The notes under the pieces are model-generated. The model had not been told where the DNA came from and ran no database searches. It saw nothing but the letters and a program-made list of their open reading frames with translations. Below are positions 45,485 to 55,513 of a stretch of DNA of 64,000 nt, piece by piece. Every line of letters starts with the position of its first letter. Positions within the stretch are counted from its first letter, which is position 1. The stretch comes from an uncultured Gammaproteobacteria bacterium (GTDB taxonomy: Bacteria > Patescibacteriota > Microgenomatia > PFEM01 > JAPLYW01). The position numbers were made by a program, and so were the translations under genes. The stretch lies in the NCBI GenBank assembly GCA_965230945.1, contig OZ246397.1, positions 374,284 to 438,283 on the forward strand, given 5' to 3'.

Positions 45485-46330
45485 ATGAAAGCGAAGAAGA
45501 TAAGAATAAAAGCTGGTTTAAGTTTAAATGTTTTTGATTCTTCCTGGGGAAAAGATTATGAAAAAGAAACGACAATTATCTTTATCCATGGAGGAACAGG
45601 TTCCCTTTTAAATTGGAAATATCAACTTGCTTATTTTGCCAGAAAATATCGAACCATTGCTTATGATTGGCGTGGTTGTGGGAGTTCTGACAACGCGGCC
45701 AGTTATACTTTTGATGATCATTACCATGATTTTTTAGAACTGATAAAGATTCTTAAGGTTTCTCCTAAACCTATTTTAATAGCTCACTCTTATGGCTGTT
45801 TAATAGCCAGAAAATATATTAATGAGTGTGAAATTGAAAAGTTTGTCAATGTCAGTTTAGGGGTACATAGTGGTATAGGATTGTTTCTAAGACTTCTTTT
45901 AAGCTTGCCGAGGTTTATTAAAAGACCATTTTATCGTTATTTTCTTACTCCTAAAAATCCGGTTTTTGCCAAGTATTTTATTGCTTCTAAAAAAACCCCC
46001 CTGCATAAAGTGAAAGAGTCTTTAGCAGATAATAGGCTACCTTCACTGGAATTTTTTATTGGTCTTAAAACCTTTAGAAAGAAAGAATCATTAGAATGGA
46101 TGAAAAACTGTCAAGATAGACTTTTAGTTATCGGCGGTAGGGAAGACAAAAGAGTCAAACCTCGGCGGGTAAGAAAAATTAAACATTTTTTTCCTGAGGC
46201 AAAGATAGAAATTATCCAAGATGCCGGTCATATACTTCCTTTTGAGGTTCCTAAAGACTTTAACAATTTGGTAGAGAATTTTATTGAATTGGACCAAGAG
46301 GTGCTAAATAAAATAAATGAGAATAGTTAG
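45485..46330 (+). CDS. Alpha/beta-fold hydrolase
   Basis: HGG-like oxyanion region (IIFIHGGTGS), nucleophile elbow AHSYG and C-terminal DAGH. Confidence 0.75.
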   Translation: MKAKKIRIKAGLSLNVFDSSWGKDYEKETTIIFIHGGTGSLLNWKYQLAYFARKYRTIAYDWRGCGSSDNAASYTFDDHYHDFLELIKILKVSPKPILIAHSYGCLIARKYINECEIEKFVNVSLGVHSGIGLFLRLLLSLPRFIKRPFYRYFLTPKNPVFAKYFIASKKTPLHKVKESLADNRLPSLEFFIGLKTFRKKESLEWMKNCQDRLLVIGGREDKRVKPRRVRKIKHFFPEAKIEIIQDAGHILPFEVPKDFNNLVENFIELDQEVLNKINENS

Positions 46331-46693
46331 ATGAAAAAACTTTGGTTTTGGTTGCCAAGAATTCTAGCAATCCTGTTTATAATTTTTATTAGTCTTTTTG
46401 CTCTAGATGTTTTTACTGAAGGCTATTCTTTTTGGCAAACGATTGGCGCTTTTCTTATTCATTTAATGCCTAGTTTTATTTTGATTATATTAACTTTAAT
46501 TTCCTGGCGACGTCCAATAACAGGAGGTTTGTTGTTTCTTATTCTTGCCATTGTTTGTCTTTCTATGATAATAAGAAAATCTTTAGGTTATTTAATTTTA
46601 TCAGGCCCTTCATTCTTGATTGCTATCCTTTTCTTACTACAAAATAAATTAAGTAAAAATAAAGAAAAAAAGGTTAATTTTAGTACTCAATAG
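46331..46693 (+). CDS. Hypothetical membrane protein (120 aa)
   Basis: Four hydrophobic helices. Confidence 0.4.
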   Translation: MKKLWFWLPRILAILFIIFISLFALDVFTEGYSFWQTIGAFLIHLMPSFILIILTLISWRRPITGGLLFLILAIVCLSMIIRKSLGYLILSGPSFLIAILFLLQNKLSKNKEKKVNFSTQ

Positions 46694-46707
46694 TTTAATT
46701 TATTTCC

Positions 46708-47415
46708 TTAGTGACGCCTTAAGCTTCTTTTCCAAAGTAGACCCCTAAAGATTAGTCTAAAAAATTTTACCGTATCAGTAAAAGGATTGATTTGACTCTG
46801 ATTTTGTTGATGATAGATGGTTTTGATAGGAATATTTTTGATTTTATAATTTGAGAGACCTGCTTTCAGGACCATTTCCGGCTCGGTATCGAAGTGATTG
46901 GTTCCCAGCTTGATGTTTTCCATTGCCTTTTTGCTTAAATAGCGAAAGCCAGACTGAACATCTTCAACCCTTTTGCCTATAATTTTGGAAATTACCCAAG
47001 AAGTAGAAAGGTTGGTGGCTAATCTTGTCCAGGGCATGTCTTTGCTGTTTTGAAAACGACTCCCAATGACAAGATCAAAATCATCTTTTTCAATTTCTTT
47101 TAGAAAGTAATTTATTTCTTTAACTTCGTGTTGGTCATCACCATCAAGAGTGATGATGCCTTGGTAGTTGTGCTTTAAGGCATAGTTAAAGCCGTTTTGT
47201 AATGATTTACCCTTACCTTGATTTCTTTTATGGGAAAGAAGAATGATTTTATTTTGTTTGCCTTTAATGGATTTGATTTTTTCAAGGGTTTTGTCGGTTG
47301 AGCCGTCATTAACAATGATGATGTCTAATTTAAAAGGAAGGCATTTTTTAATGACTTTAGCGATATGCTTTTCCTCGTTGTAAGCGGGGATGAGAATGGC
47401 AATTTTTTTTCTCAT
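46708..47415 (-). CDS. Family 2 glycosyltransferase (DPM1/undecaprenyl-phosphate glycosyltransferase-like)
   Basis: IAILIPAYNEEKHIAKVI...IIVNDGSTDKT and DGDDQH (DxD-like) motifs. Confidence 0.8.
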   Translation of the reverse strand: MRKKIAILIPAYNEEKHIAKVIKKCLPFKLDIIIVNDGSTDKTLEKIKSIKGKQNKIILLSHKRNQGKGKSLQNGFNYALKHNYQGIITLDGDDQHEVKEINYFLKEIEKDDFDLVIGSRFQNSKDMPWTRLATNLSTSWVISKIIGKRVEDVQSGFRYLSKKAMENIKLGTNHFDTEPEMVLKAGLSNYKIKNIPIKTIYHQQNQSQINPFTDTVKFFRLIFRGLLWKRSLRRH

Positions 47416-47565
47416 TCTTTGTTTCTCATAGAATAATAGATTTTAGTAAGTTTATCAAACCCCGTTTTCTAGAACTTCCAAAATTTATTCGCGGGAAGTG
47501 CCAACAACTTGACAAAAGAAAGAGCAAATAATATACTACTACCTAAAAGGTGATAGTTTATTAAA

Positions 47566-47952
47566 ATGCTTGGTTTAACTAAAAATGTTGATTATGGTTT
47601 AGAATTGATGATTAGTCTGGCTAAAAACTTTAAGAAAGGACCAGTTTCTCTACGGCAAGTAGCTAAAGAGAAAAAAATCCCTTATAAGTTTTTAGGTCAA
47701 CTAGCCTCAACTTTGAAACAGGCTGGTTTGGTTGAAGCCAAAGAAGGTAAGGGCGGCGGCTATTTTTTAATTGACCCACCTAAGAAAATCGCTATTGCCG
47801 AAATCGTTGAGGTTTTAGGAGGACCGGTTGAAGTTGGTTTTTGTGGCAATTGCCCTCGTTCAAGTGTCTGTGGACAAAAAGATATTTGGGCCGAAGTTGG
47901 CGATAAGGTGAGAGATACCATCGAAGAAAAAACTCTAGAGGATTTGCTATGA
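47566..47952 (+). CDS. Rrf2-family transcriptional regulator (IscR-like, Cys-containing)
   Basis: N-terminal wHTH (TKNVDYGLELMISLA...VSLRQVA) and a Cys cluster CGNCPRSSVC. It lies upstream of cysteine desulfurase. Confidence 0.8.
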   Translation: MLGLTKNVDYGLELMISLAKNFKKGPVSLRQVAKEKKIPYKFLGQLASTLKQAGLVEAKEGKGGGYFLIDPPKKIAIAEIVEVLGGPVEVGFCGNCPRSSVCGQKDIWAEVGDKVRDTIEEKTLEDLL

Positions 47953-49142
47953 AGAAAATCTATTTTGATTATGCGGCTACTACCCCTGTTGATAAAGAAG
48001 TTTTAAAGGCAATGTTGCCTTTTTTTAGCAAAACCTATGGTAATCCTTCAGAGGTTCATTTTTTAGGACAAGAAGCCAAAAGAAATATTGATCAGTCAAG
48101 AAAAATTATTGCTGACTTTTTAAAAGCTGAACCTGAAGAGGTGATTTTTACTTCAGGGGCAACAGAATCAATCAATCTTGCTCATAAAGGGTTGGTTGAG
48201 GCTTTATCTTGCCAGGGAAAACCTCACCTTATTGTTTCTGCCGTGGAGCATAAGGCCGTTCTGGCTACCTGTCAGCATTTGGAAAAACTGGGGTTGGCGA
48301 CAATAACTTACTTGCCAGTTGATAAGTTTGGCATGATAGATCTAAGGGAACTGGAAAAAGAAATAAGATCAGAGACGGTTTTGGTAAGTGTGATGTATGT
48401 CAATAATGAAGTGGGTACGATCCAGCCCATTAAAGAAATTGGCAGACTTTTAAAAAGAATTAATCAAAAAAGAAAGAAGAAAGTTTTCTTTCATACTGAT
48501 GCTACTCAAGCAATTTCTTATTTAGATTGCCAAGTTGATCAACTAGGAGTTGATTTACTTTCTTTTACTGGTCATAAGATTTATGCACCTAAGGGGGTTG
48601 GGGTTTTATATGTAAGAAAGGGAACTAGACTAGCCAGGCAGCAGGATGGGGGAGGACAGGAGTTTAATCTACGATCTGGCACAGAAAATGTTCCTTATAT
48701 TGTTGCCTTGGGCAAGGCCGTGGCATTATTGTCTACACAAAAGTTTAAGCTAAAAACTCAAAAGTTGAAAAAATTAACACAAAAGTTAATTGTCGGAGTT
48801 TTACAAATTCCAGGGATAAAACTTACTGGCCATCCCACTTTAAGAGTTCCTCATATTGCCTCTTTTGTTATTAAAAACAGCGAGAGTGAATCAATGCTTC
48901 TTCTGTTGTCTGATAAAGGTATTGCCGCTGCAGCCGTTTCAGCCTGTAATTCAGCTTCCTTACAGCCCTCTCATGTTTTAAAAGCAATGAGAATTCCGGA
49001 AGATCTTTTGAATAATTCCTTGAGATTTTCTTTAGGTAAAGATAGTCAAGAAGAAGAAGTTGATGAGGTTTTAAAATCCTTAAAAGAAGTTATTAATTAT
49101 TTAAGAGAACTGGCCCCCAAGCTAGATGAAAAAGATAATTAG
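47949..49142 (+). CDS. Cysteine desulfurase (NifS/IscS/SufS class V aminotransferase)
   Basis: PLP-lysine region SFTGHKIYAPKGVGVLYV, a C-terminal active-site Cys loop and an N-terminal IYFDYAATTP. Confidence 0.88.
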   Translation: MKKIYFDYAATTPVDKEVLKAMLPFFSKTYGNPSEVHFLGQEAKRNIDQSRKIIADFLKAEPEEVIFTSGATESINLAHKGLVEALSCQGKPHLIVSAVEHKAVLATCQHLEKLGLATITYLPVDKFGMIDLRELEKEIRSETVLVSVMYVNNEVGTIQPIKEIGRLLKRINQKRKKKVFFHTDATQAISYLDCQVDQLGVDLLSFTGHKIYAPKGVGVLYVRKGTRLARQQDGGGQEFNLRSGTENVPYIVALGKAVALLSTQKFKLKTQKLKKLTQKLIVGVLQIPGIKLTGHPTLRVPHIASFVIKNSESESMLLLLSDKGIAAAAVSACNSASLQPSHVLKAMRIPEDLLNNSLRFSLGKDSQEEEVDEVLKSLKEVINYLRELAPKLDEKDN

Positions 49143-49532
49143 ATGGATAGTCTTTATTCAAAAAAAGTAATTGATCATTTTCGTCATCCTCGTAATATGG
49201 GTGAAATGAAGAATGCCGACGGAATAGGCACCTCAGGCAGTCCTGTTTGCGGTGATGTTTTGCGTTTGTTTATTAAAATAGAGAAGAAAAATAATCAAGA
49301 ATATATTAAAGAAGCCAAGTTTCAAACTCTTGGTTGTGGAGCCGCCATTGCTACTTCAAGCATGCTGACGACAATGATTAATGGTAAAAAATTAACTGAG
49401 ATTAAAAAAGTTAGCAACAAAACTATTACCGAAGCTTTGGGTGGTTTGCCTCCAAATAAGCTCCATTGTGCTGTTTTGGCCTTTCAAGCTTTAGAAAAGG
49501 CGATTGAGAATTATCAGCAAAAAAAGAATTGA
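49143..49532 (+). CDS. Fe-S cluster assembly scaffold (NifU/IscU/SufU-like)
   Basis: HPRNMGEM...GSPVCGDVLRLFIKI...LGCGAAIATSS...LHCAVLAFQAL shows the conserved Cys triad. Confidence 0.85.
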   Translation: MDSLYSKKVIDHFRHPRNMGEMKNADGIGTSGSPVCGDVLRLFIKIEKKNNQEYIKEAKFQTLGCGAAIATSSMLTTMINGKKLTEIKKVSNKTITEALGGLPPNKLHCAVLAFQALEKAIENYQQKKN

Positions 49533-49579
49533 TCTTCTTGTTTGTCTTCTTGAATATTTGTTAATATAGATGGAGAAGG

Positions 49580-49774
49580 GTGGTGAATCTTATGAAGATC
49601 AAAAAGGAAAGATGGCAAAAAATTTCTCAGTTTTTAATGAGCCTGTCCTTTTTGGCTGTTTTTGCGGCAGCTTGGGGTTTTCTCTTTTCTGATATTTGGC
49701 TGGCCTCGACCCAGTGGCTTTTAATGGCTGCTGTTTTAGCCGCTTTCAGTTTATATATTAAGATGGAAGGTTAG
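49580..49774 (+). CDS. Small membrane protein (64 aa)
   Basis: Two hydrophobic helices. Confidence 0.35.
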   Translation: MVNLMKIKKERWQKISQFLMSLSFLAVFAAAWGFLFSDIWLASTQWLLMAAVLAAFSLYIKMEG

Positions 49775-49775
49775 G

Positions 49776-50426
49776 ATGATTTTTGTTAACTTTAAAACCT
49801 ACCAGCAGGGAACTGGTAAGGCCGCTTTAACTTTGGTTCAAAAATGTGCTCAAGTAGAGAAAGAAACAGGTATTAAGATAGTTCCCATCGTTCAAACAGC
49901 AGATTTGCGCTTAGTTAGTAAGTTTGCGGTTTTTACACAACATCTAGATGATGTTGGTTTTGGGCCTTATACCGGTAAAATCCTTCCTCAAGGAGTTATT
50001 GAAGCTGGGGCTAAAGGTACTTTGCTAAACCATTCAGAAAACAAGATTCCAGTAGAAGTTATCGGTTCAACCATCCAGGAGTTGAGAAGCATTAAAAAGG
50101 ACTTTAAGATTTTGGTTTGTTCAGAGAGCTTAGAAGAAGCTCAAGAAATTATTCAGTTTAAGCCAGATTTTATTGCCTATGAACCACCCGAATTAATTGG
50201 TGGGGAAGTTTCCGTATCTAGTGCGCAGCCTGAGATAATCAGTGGCTTTACTAAAGTTATTAAGGAAATTCCTGTTTTAGTAGGAGCTGGTGTTAGAAAC
50301 AAAGAAGATGTTAAAAAAGCCCTCCAGTTTAAAGCAGCCGGTGTTTTGGTTTCCTCAGGAGTAGTTTTGGCTGAGGATGCCAAAGGGCAATTACTGAAGT
50401 TAGCTTTAGGTTTTAAAAATGAATAA
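49776..50426 (+). CDS. tpiA: Triosephosphate isomerase, short archaeal-type
   Basis: 216 aa with IFVNFKTYQQGTGKAAL at the N-terminus, typical of archaeal TIM. It is clustered with pgk and gap. Confidence 0.7.
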   Translation: MIFVNFKTYQQGTGKAALTLVQKCAQVEKETGIKIVPIVQTADLRLVSKFAVFTQHLDDVGFGPYTGKILPQGVIEAGAKGTLLNHSENKIPVEVIGSTIQELRSIKKDFKILVCSESLEEAQEIIQFKPDFIAYEPPELIGGEVSVSSAQPEIISGFTKVIKEIPVLVGAGVRNKEDVKKALQFKAAGVLVSSGVVLAEDAKGQLLKLALGFKNE

Positions 50427-50982
50427 GAAAAAAGCAAGATATAAAATTTGTATTTCTGGCGGATCTGAGGGTAAAAATGCGGAGAAAGCTTTTCCTTTGG
50501 CTAGAAAGCTGGCCGGGGAGATTGCCAAAAGGGGTCATGTTTTAATTACCGGGGCCACTAATGGTGTTCCCTTTGAAGCGGCTAAAGCGACTAGAAAAGA
50601 AGGCGGTTCTAATATCGGTTTTTCTCCAGCTGGTAGCGAAGTGGAACATCAAAGAAAGTTTCATTTACCACTTGATCCTAAAATTTTTGATCATATCATT
50701 TATACAGAATCTGGTTATACCGGCAGAAATCTTTTAATGGTTCGCAGTTCTGATGCCACCATTATTATCGATGGTCGTATAGGCACGCTAAATGAGTTTA
50801 CGGTAGCCTTTGAGGAAAATGAAATTATTGGTGTTTTAGAGGGATCAGGTGGTATTGCTGATGAGATAAAACATCTTTTAAATGTGGCTAAAAAAGGTTA
50901 TGGCAAGGTTATTTTTTCATCTGATCCGCAAGATTTGGTAGTAAAGGTTATAGAAAAAATCAAAGAAGTAAAAAAGAAGTAG
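50419..50982 (+). CDS. LOG-family / TIGR00725-like Rossmann-fold nucleotide-binding protein
   Basis: ICISGGSEGKN...LARKLAGEIAKRGHVLITGATNGVPFEAAKATRKEGGSNIGFSP. Confidence 0.7.
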   Translation: MNKKKARYKICISGGSEGKNAEKAFPLARKLAGEIAKRGHVLITGATNGVPFEAAKATRKEGGSNIGFSPAGSEVEHQRKFHLPLDPKIFDHIIYTESGYTGRNLLMVRSSDATIIIDGRIGTLNEFTVAFEENEIIGVLEGSGGIADEIKHLLNVAKKGYGKVIFSSDPQDLVVKVIEKIKEVKKK

Positions 50983-50988
50983 AAAAAA

Positions 50989-52017
50989 ATGAAACTGCCC
51001 CAAATACAAGATCTTAAGGTTGAAGGTAAAAAAGTTCTTTTAAGAACCAATTATGATGTTCCTTTAAAAGAGAAGGGAACAAAAATAACTACTACTACCA
51101 GAATTGATGAGTCGCTACCGACCATAGAATACCTCTTAAAACGACAAGCAGAAATTATTATTATTTCCCATTTAGGCCGACCTAAGGGAAAGGTTGTTCC
51201 TCGTTTAAGCTTAAAACCGGTCAGTGAGTATTTAGGGGAACTTCTCGAACAAGAAATTCCTTTGGTTAAGGAAATTGATAAGCTTTCTGAACAAAACGAA
51301 TCAGTCGTCATTTTAGAGAATCTTCGTTTTTGGCCTGAAGAAATAGAAAATAATCGCCAATTTGCCCTTAAGTTAGCCGATGAGGCAAGCTTTTTTATTA
51401 ATGATGCTTTTGCCTGCGCTCATCGTTTTCATGCTTCAGTGGTTAGCTTGCCAGAGATTCTTCCTAGCGCCCTTGGTCTTGATTTTTTAAAGGAGATAGA
51501 GGTTTTATCTCAAGTAAAAACCAAACCTCAGCGTCCTTTGGTGGTAATTTTAGGCGGCAGTAAAGGAGGTAAATTAGAGAGAATAGAAAGATTAGCTAAC
51601 TGGGCGGATTATGTTTTAGTAGGTGGCAAGTTGGTGGGGTTTTTACCAGATGTTTTGCCAAAAAAGGTGATAAGGGCTACCTTGAATGAGGAAAGCAAAG
51701 ACATTACACTAGAGTCAATAAAGAAGTTTAAAGAAATTATTGGGGAGAGTAAGACTGTTGTTTGGACTGGGCCTATGGGGGTTTTTGAGGAAAAAGGGTT
51801 TGCCATGGGAACAGAAATGATAGCTAAGGCAGTAGTTGAAAGCAAAGCTTTTAGTGTTGTTGGCGGTGGTGATACGGAGGCTGCTTTGAATAAGATTGGT
51901 TTAGAAAAAAGCATTAATTTTGTCTCTTCCGGTGGGGGGGCAATGCTTGAATTTTTATCAACCGATAGTCTACCGGGGATTGAGGCAATAAAGAAAGATG
52001 CTGAAAATTGGCATTAA
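50989..52017 (+). CDS. pgk: Phosphoglycerate kinase (short form)
   Basis: KKVLLRTNYDVP, NLRFWPEE, DAFACAHRFHAS, GGGDT and SSGGGAMLEFL motifs. Confidence 0.88.
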   Translation: MKLPQIQDLKVEGKKVLLRTNYDVPLKEKGTKITTTTRIDESLPTIEYLLKRQAEIIIISHLGRPKGKVVPRLSLKPVSEYLGELLEQEIPLVKEIDKLSEQNESVVILENLRFWPEEIENNRQFALKLADEASFFINDAFACAHRFHASVVSLPEILPSALGLDFLKEIEVLSQVKTKPQRPLVVILGGSKGGKLERIERLANWADYVLVGGKLVGFLPDVLPKKVIRATLNEESKDITLESIKKFKEIIGESKTVVWTGPMGVFEEKGFAMGTEMIAKAVVESKAFSVVGGGDTEAALNKIGLEKSINFVSSGGGAMLEFLSTDSLPGIEAIKKDAENWH

Positions 52018-53017
52018 TGGTTTTGGCCGTATTGGCAGGATTATTTTAAGGACAGTCTTAACTAAGTATCTTAGTAAAGTTAAAGTAGCTGCTATTAATA
52101 CCTCTGGCTCAATGGATATTGAAGGCTGGGCTCATCTCTTTAGCTTTGACAGTGTTTATGGGAGATTTAAAGGCAAGGTGGAAATAGAGAAAGGGAAAGG
52201 TGAAGAAATTGGGGTTTTGGCGGTTAATAATCAGAAGATTCCAGTTTTAGCTCAGAGAGATCCAGCTTTAATTCCTTGGCATGATTATGGAGTGGAATTG
52301 GTACTAGAAGCGACTGGTGTTTTTCGTGATCGGAAATCAGCGGCAGCTCATTTTAAAGGAGGAGCCAAGAAGATTATCGTTACTGCTCCGGCTGAAAATA
52401 CTAAAACTTTTATAATGGGGGTTAATGAAAGGGATTACAAAGGAGATTTAATTATTAACAATGCTTCTTGTACCACTAATTGCGTAGCCCCTATTGTCAA
52501 AATTATTATGGAAAATTTCGGCATTCAAAAGGGAGTAATGACGGCTGTTCATGCCTATACGGCCAATCAAAATATTGTTGATGGTTCTCATGAAGATTTG
52601 CGCCGAGCCAGAGCTGCGGCGGTAAATATTATACCTACTTCTACTGGAGCAGCTATTGCCACTACTGAGGTTTTGCTTTCTCTAAGGGGTCTTTTTGATG
52701 CCACAGCTTTCAGAGTACCAGTAGTTTGTGGCTCAATTAGTGATTTTACCTTTTTAACCAGCAAACGAACTTCCGTAAAGGAAGTAAAAGATATTTTTAT
52801 TAAAGCAGCCAGTGGTAAGTATAAAGGTATTGTTGAAGTTTCTGACAAGCCCTTGGTTTCCACAGACATTATTGGCAGTTGCGCTTCGGCTATTGTTGAT
52901 CTTTCTTTAGTTCAAGTTCTTGATGGTGATTTGGTTAAAATTATAGCTTGGTATGATAATGAATGGGGTTATTCTTGCCGGTTAATAGAGGAGGCCATAT
53001 GGATAAATCAACACTAG
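51998..53017 (+). CDS. gap: Glyceraldehyde-3-phosphate dehydrogenase
   Basis: KIGINGFGRIGR at the N-terminus; catalytic ASCTTNCVAP. Confidence 0.92.
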   Translation: MLKIGINGFGRIGRIILRTVLTKYLSKVKVAAINTSGSMDIEGWAHLFSFDSVYGRFKGKVEIEKGKGEEIGVLAVNNQKIPVLAQRDPALIPWHDYGVELVLEATGVFRDRKSAAAHFKGGAKKIIVTAPAENTKTFIMGVNERDYKGDLIINNASCTTNCVAPIVKIIMENFGIQKGVMTAVHAYTANQNIVDGSHEDLRRARAAAVNIIPTSTGAAIATTEVLLSLRGLFDATAFRVPVVCGSISDFTFLTSKRTSVKEVKDIFIKAASGKYKGIVEVSDKPLVSTDIIGSCASAIVDLSLVQVLDGDLVKIIAWYDNEWGYSCRLIEEAIWINQH

Positions 53018-53664
53018 CAAAATATTTAGATCTTGCCAATCATCATCAAGATGCCACCTTAAGGCAGATAAAAGAACTTTGTACTTTGGTTAAGAAGCAC
53101 GGTTTTCATTCAGCCTTTGTTAACCCCTGCTATTTAAGGGAGGCCAAAGGATGGTTGCCGGATAGCGCCAGCTTGGGAACAGTTATTGCCTTTCCTTTGG
53201 GTCAAGAAACTAAAGATATTAAACTCCTTGAGGTCATAGAGGCTGTGAATAAAGGAGCCGACGAGTTAGATGTTTCTATGAACGTAGGTTATTTTAAGTC
53301 TAAAAGATACCAAGAATGCCTAGAAGAGATGAGGGTTATTGTCGAGATGGCCAAAAGTAGGAAAAGCAAAATTTTGGTTAAATTTATTATTGAAACAGGC
53401 TTTTTAACTGATAAAGAAATTAAAAGGGCATCGGCGTTAGTCTTGGAATCAGGAGCGGATTTCATTAAAACTTGTTCGGGCCTGGGTCCACGGGGAGCGA
53501 GTTTAAAAGATGTTGATTTAATCAGAGAGGCAGTTAAAGATAGAATTAAAATTAAGGTGGCTGGTGGTGTCGATACCTACCAGGAAGCAATAGGCTTTAT
53601 TGAAAGAGGAGCTGATCGCATTGGTACGTCGCAAGCGGTCAAAATTGTTAATGATTGTCGCTGA
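52999..53664 (+). CDS. deoC: Deoxyribose-phosphate aldolase (start reassigned to the internal ATG MDKS, preceded by AGAGGAGG)
   Basis: GADFIKTCSGLGPRGASLKDVDLIREAV...IKIKVAGGVDTYQEAIGFIERGADRIGTS matches DeoC. Confidence 0.75.
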   Translation: MDKSTLAKYLDLANHHQDATLRQIKELCTLVKKHGFHSAFVNPCYLREAKGWLPDSASLGTVIAFPLGQETKDIKLLEVIEAVNKGADELDVSMNVGYFKSKRYQECLEEMRVIVEMAKSRKSKILVKFIIETGFLTDKEIKRASALVLESGADFIKTCSGLGPRGASLKDVDLIREAVKDRIKIKVAGGVDTYQEAIGFIERGADRIGTSQAVKIVNDCR

Positions 53665-54544
53665 AGTTTTGCAAAAAGCTAAAAATGAAGGTTGGGCTTT
53701 AGGGGCCTTTAATGCTGGTAATTTGGAGATTGCCAGAGCCATTATGCAGGGAGGACAAAATCAGCAAGCGCCGTTGATTATAGAAACTTCAGTAGGTGAG
53801 ATAGATCATTTTGGCGCTGATAATTTTTTAGATGTCGTTAAAAACTTCCATCAACAAAGCCAACTGCCTTTTTTTACCAACCTTGACCATGGTCCAGGCT
53901 TGCAGGAATGCCAAAAAGCTATTGGTTTAGGTTATAATCTTATTCATTTTGACGGTTCTAATTTACCCATAGAAGAAAATATTAAAATTACTAAGGTTTT
54001 AGTTGAAGAAGCCCATGCAAAAGGAATTTTGGTAGAGGCAGAAATCGATAAAATTTTAGGCGAGTCTCAAAAACATAGTGAAATGTCAGAGTCGGTCCAA
54101 GCGAGAGGTAGTTATACTGATCCGGACAGGGCTCTTGATTTTGTTAATCAGACTGGTTGTGATCTTTTGGCTGTTTTTGTAGGCAACCTTCATGGTCTTT
54201 ATCAAGATGCTCCTAAATTAGATTTAGAACGACTAAAGTTAATTGCCCAAAAATTGCCCTGTTTTTTATCTTTACATGGTGGTTCTGGTATTTCAAAAGA
54301 GGATATCCAAAGAGCCATTAAGGTAGGGAGAATAGTGAAGGTAAATGTTAATACCGAGCTAAGATTAGCTTACAAAGAAACTTTGGAGAATGTTTTGCGC
54401 GGTTCTGATGAGATTAGTATTTACAAAATTATGCCGCCGGTGATAGCGGCTGTGCAAAAAATTGTCGAAGAGAAAATTCAACTTTTTGGCAGTGATAACA
54501 AAGCCGAAAAGGACGAATTTAGAAAATTAAGCGGTCAAATATGA
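53651..54544 (+). CDS. fba: Class II fructose-bisphosphate aldolase (start reassigned to the internal MIVAEVL)
   Basis: ALGAFNAGNLEIARAIMQ and LSLHGGSGI motifs. The ORF track start at 53600 would overlap deoC by 65 nt. Confidence 0.75.
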   Translation: MIVAEVLQKAKNEGWALGAFNAGNLEIARAIMQGGQNQQAPLIIETSVGEIDHFGADNFLDVVKNFHQQSQLPFFTNLDHGPGLQECQKAIGLGYNLIHFDGSNLPIEENIKITKVLVEEAHAKGILVEAEIDKILGESQKHSEMSESVQARGSYTDPDRALDFVNQTGCDLLAVFVGNLHGLYQDAPKLDLERLKLIAQKLPCFLSLHGGSGISKEDIQRAIKVGRIVKVNVNTELRLAYKETLENVLRGSDEISIYKIMPPVIAAVQKIVEEKIQLFGSDNKAEKDEFRKLSGQI

Positions 54545-55506
54545 AGTATGATGTTATTTCTTTTGGTTCAGCGGTTTTGGATGTTTTTTTAAAAGCACCT
54601 GATTTAAGAATTATTGAATCAAAGGAGGTTTTTACTGACAGAGCCCTAATTCTCCCTTATGGCATTAAATCTGAGGTTGATGAACTCCATATTTGTTCTG
54701 GCGGGGGAGGCACTAACACAGCCGTAGGTTTTGCTCGTCTAGGGCTTAAAACAGCCATAGTAGCTCGTTGTGGTTGGGACTTTGCCGGTAAGCTTATTCG
54801 TCAAGAGATTAAAAAGGAAAAGGTTTTTGATGAGTTGCTAGTTCAGTTGGAAGGAGAAAGGACAGATTATTCTACCATTTTGATTGGTCCTGATGGCAAC
54901 CGAACGATTCTAGTTTACAGAGGAGGAACTGGTTTAGAAAAATCAGTGGTTGATTTTCAAAAATTAAACAGTTTTTGGTTTTATATCACCTCTTTAGAGG
55001 GTAATTTAGATCTGCTTAAGACCTTGGTTGGCTTGGCTAAAAAGAATCATATCAAGGTGGCTTTGAATCCCGGTCGTCGTGAGATCAAGCAAAAAAAGGA
55101 ACTTTTGGAAATTGTCAAAGAGATAGAATTTTTTATTGTCAATGAAAAAGAAGCAGCTTTATTAACTGATTTGTCTTCGCGAATGGAGGTTTTAAAAAAT
55201 TTGATAGCACATTTACCTAGAACTAATTTGGTCGTTACTAGAGGAACTAATGGTGTTTATCTTCATCAGTCAGGGGGTAAAAAAATAGAAAAACCTGCCT
55301 TAAAGGTTAAGATGGTTGATCAAACAGGAGCTGGTGATGCTTTTGGTTCAGGCTTTATCGGCGGATTAGCGAGTGGTTTTTCAATAGAGAGGGCTTTAGA
55401 TTTGGGTATCGCCAACGGAGCTTCGGTGGTTGGTGAAATAGGCGCCAAGGAGGGTTTAATTAAGAAGTCAGAAATAGACTTTTACTTAGATAAGGGGGGT
55501 AAGTAA
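54541..55506 (+). CDS. PfkB-family carbohydrate/nucleoside kinase (ribokinase-like)
   Basis: GGGGTNTAVGFARLG and the C-terminal TGAGDAFGSGFI anion-hole motif. Confidence 0.82.
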   Translation: MKYDVISFGSAVLDVFLKAPDLRIIESKEVFTDRALILPYGIKSEVDELHICSGGGGTNTAVGFARLGLKTAIVARCGWDFAGKLIRQEIKKEKVFDELLVQLEGERTDYSTILIGPDGNRTILVYRGGTGLEKSVVDFQKLNSFWFYITSLEGNLDLLKTLVGLAKKNHIKVALNPGRREIKQKKELLEIVKEIEFFIVNEKEAALLTDLSSRMEVLKNLIAHLPRTNLVVTRGTNGVYLHQSGGKKIEKPALKVKMVDQTGAGDAFGSGFIGGLASGFSIERALDLGIANGASVVGEIGAKEGLIKKSEIDFYLDKGGK

Positions 55507-55513
55507 TATAATT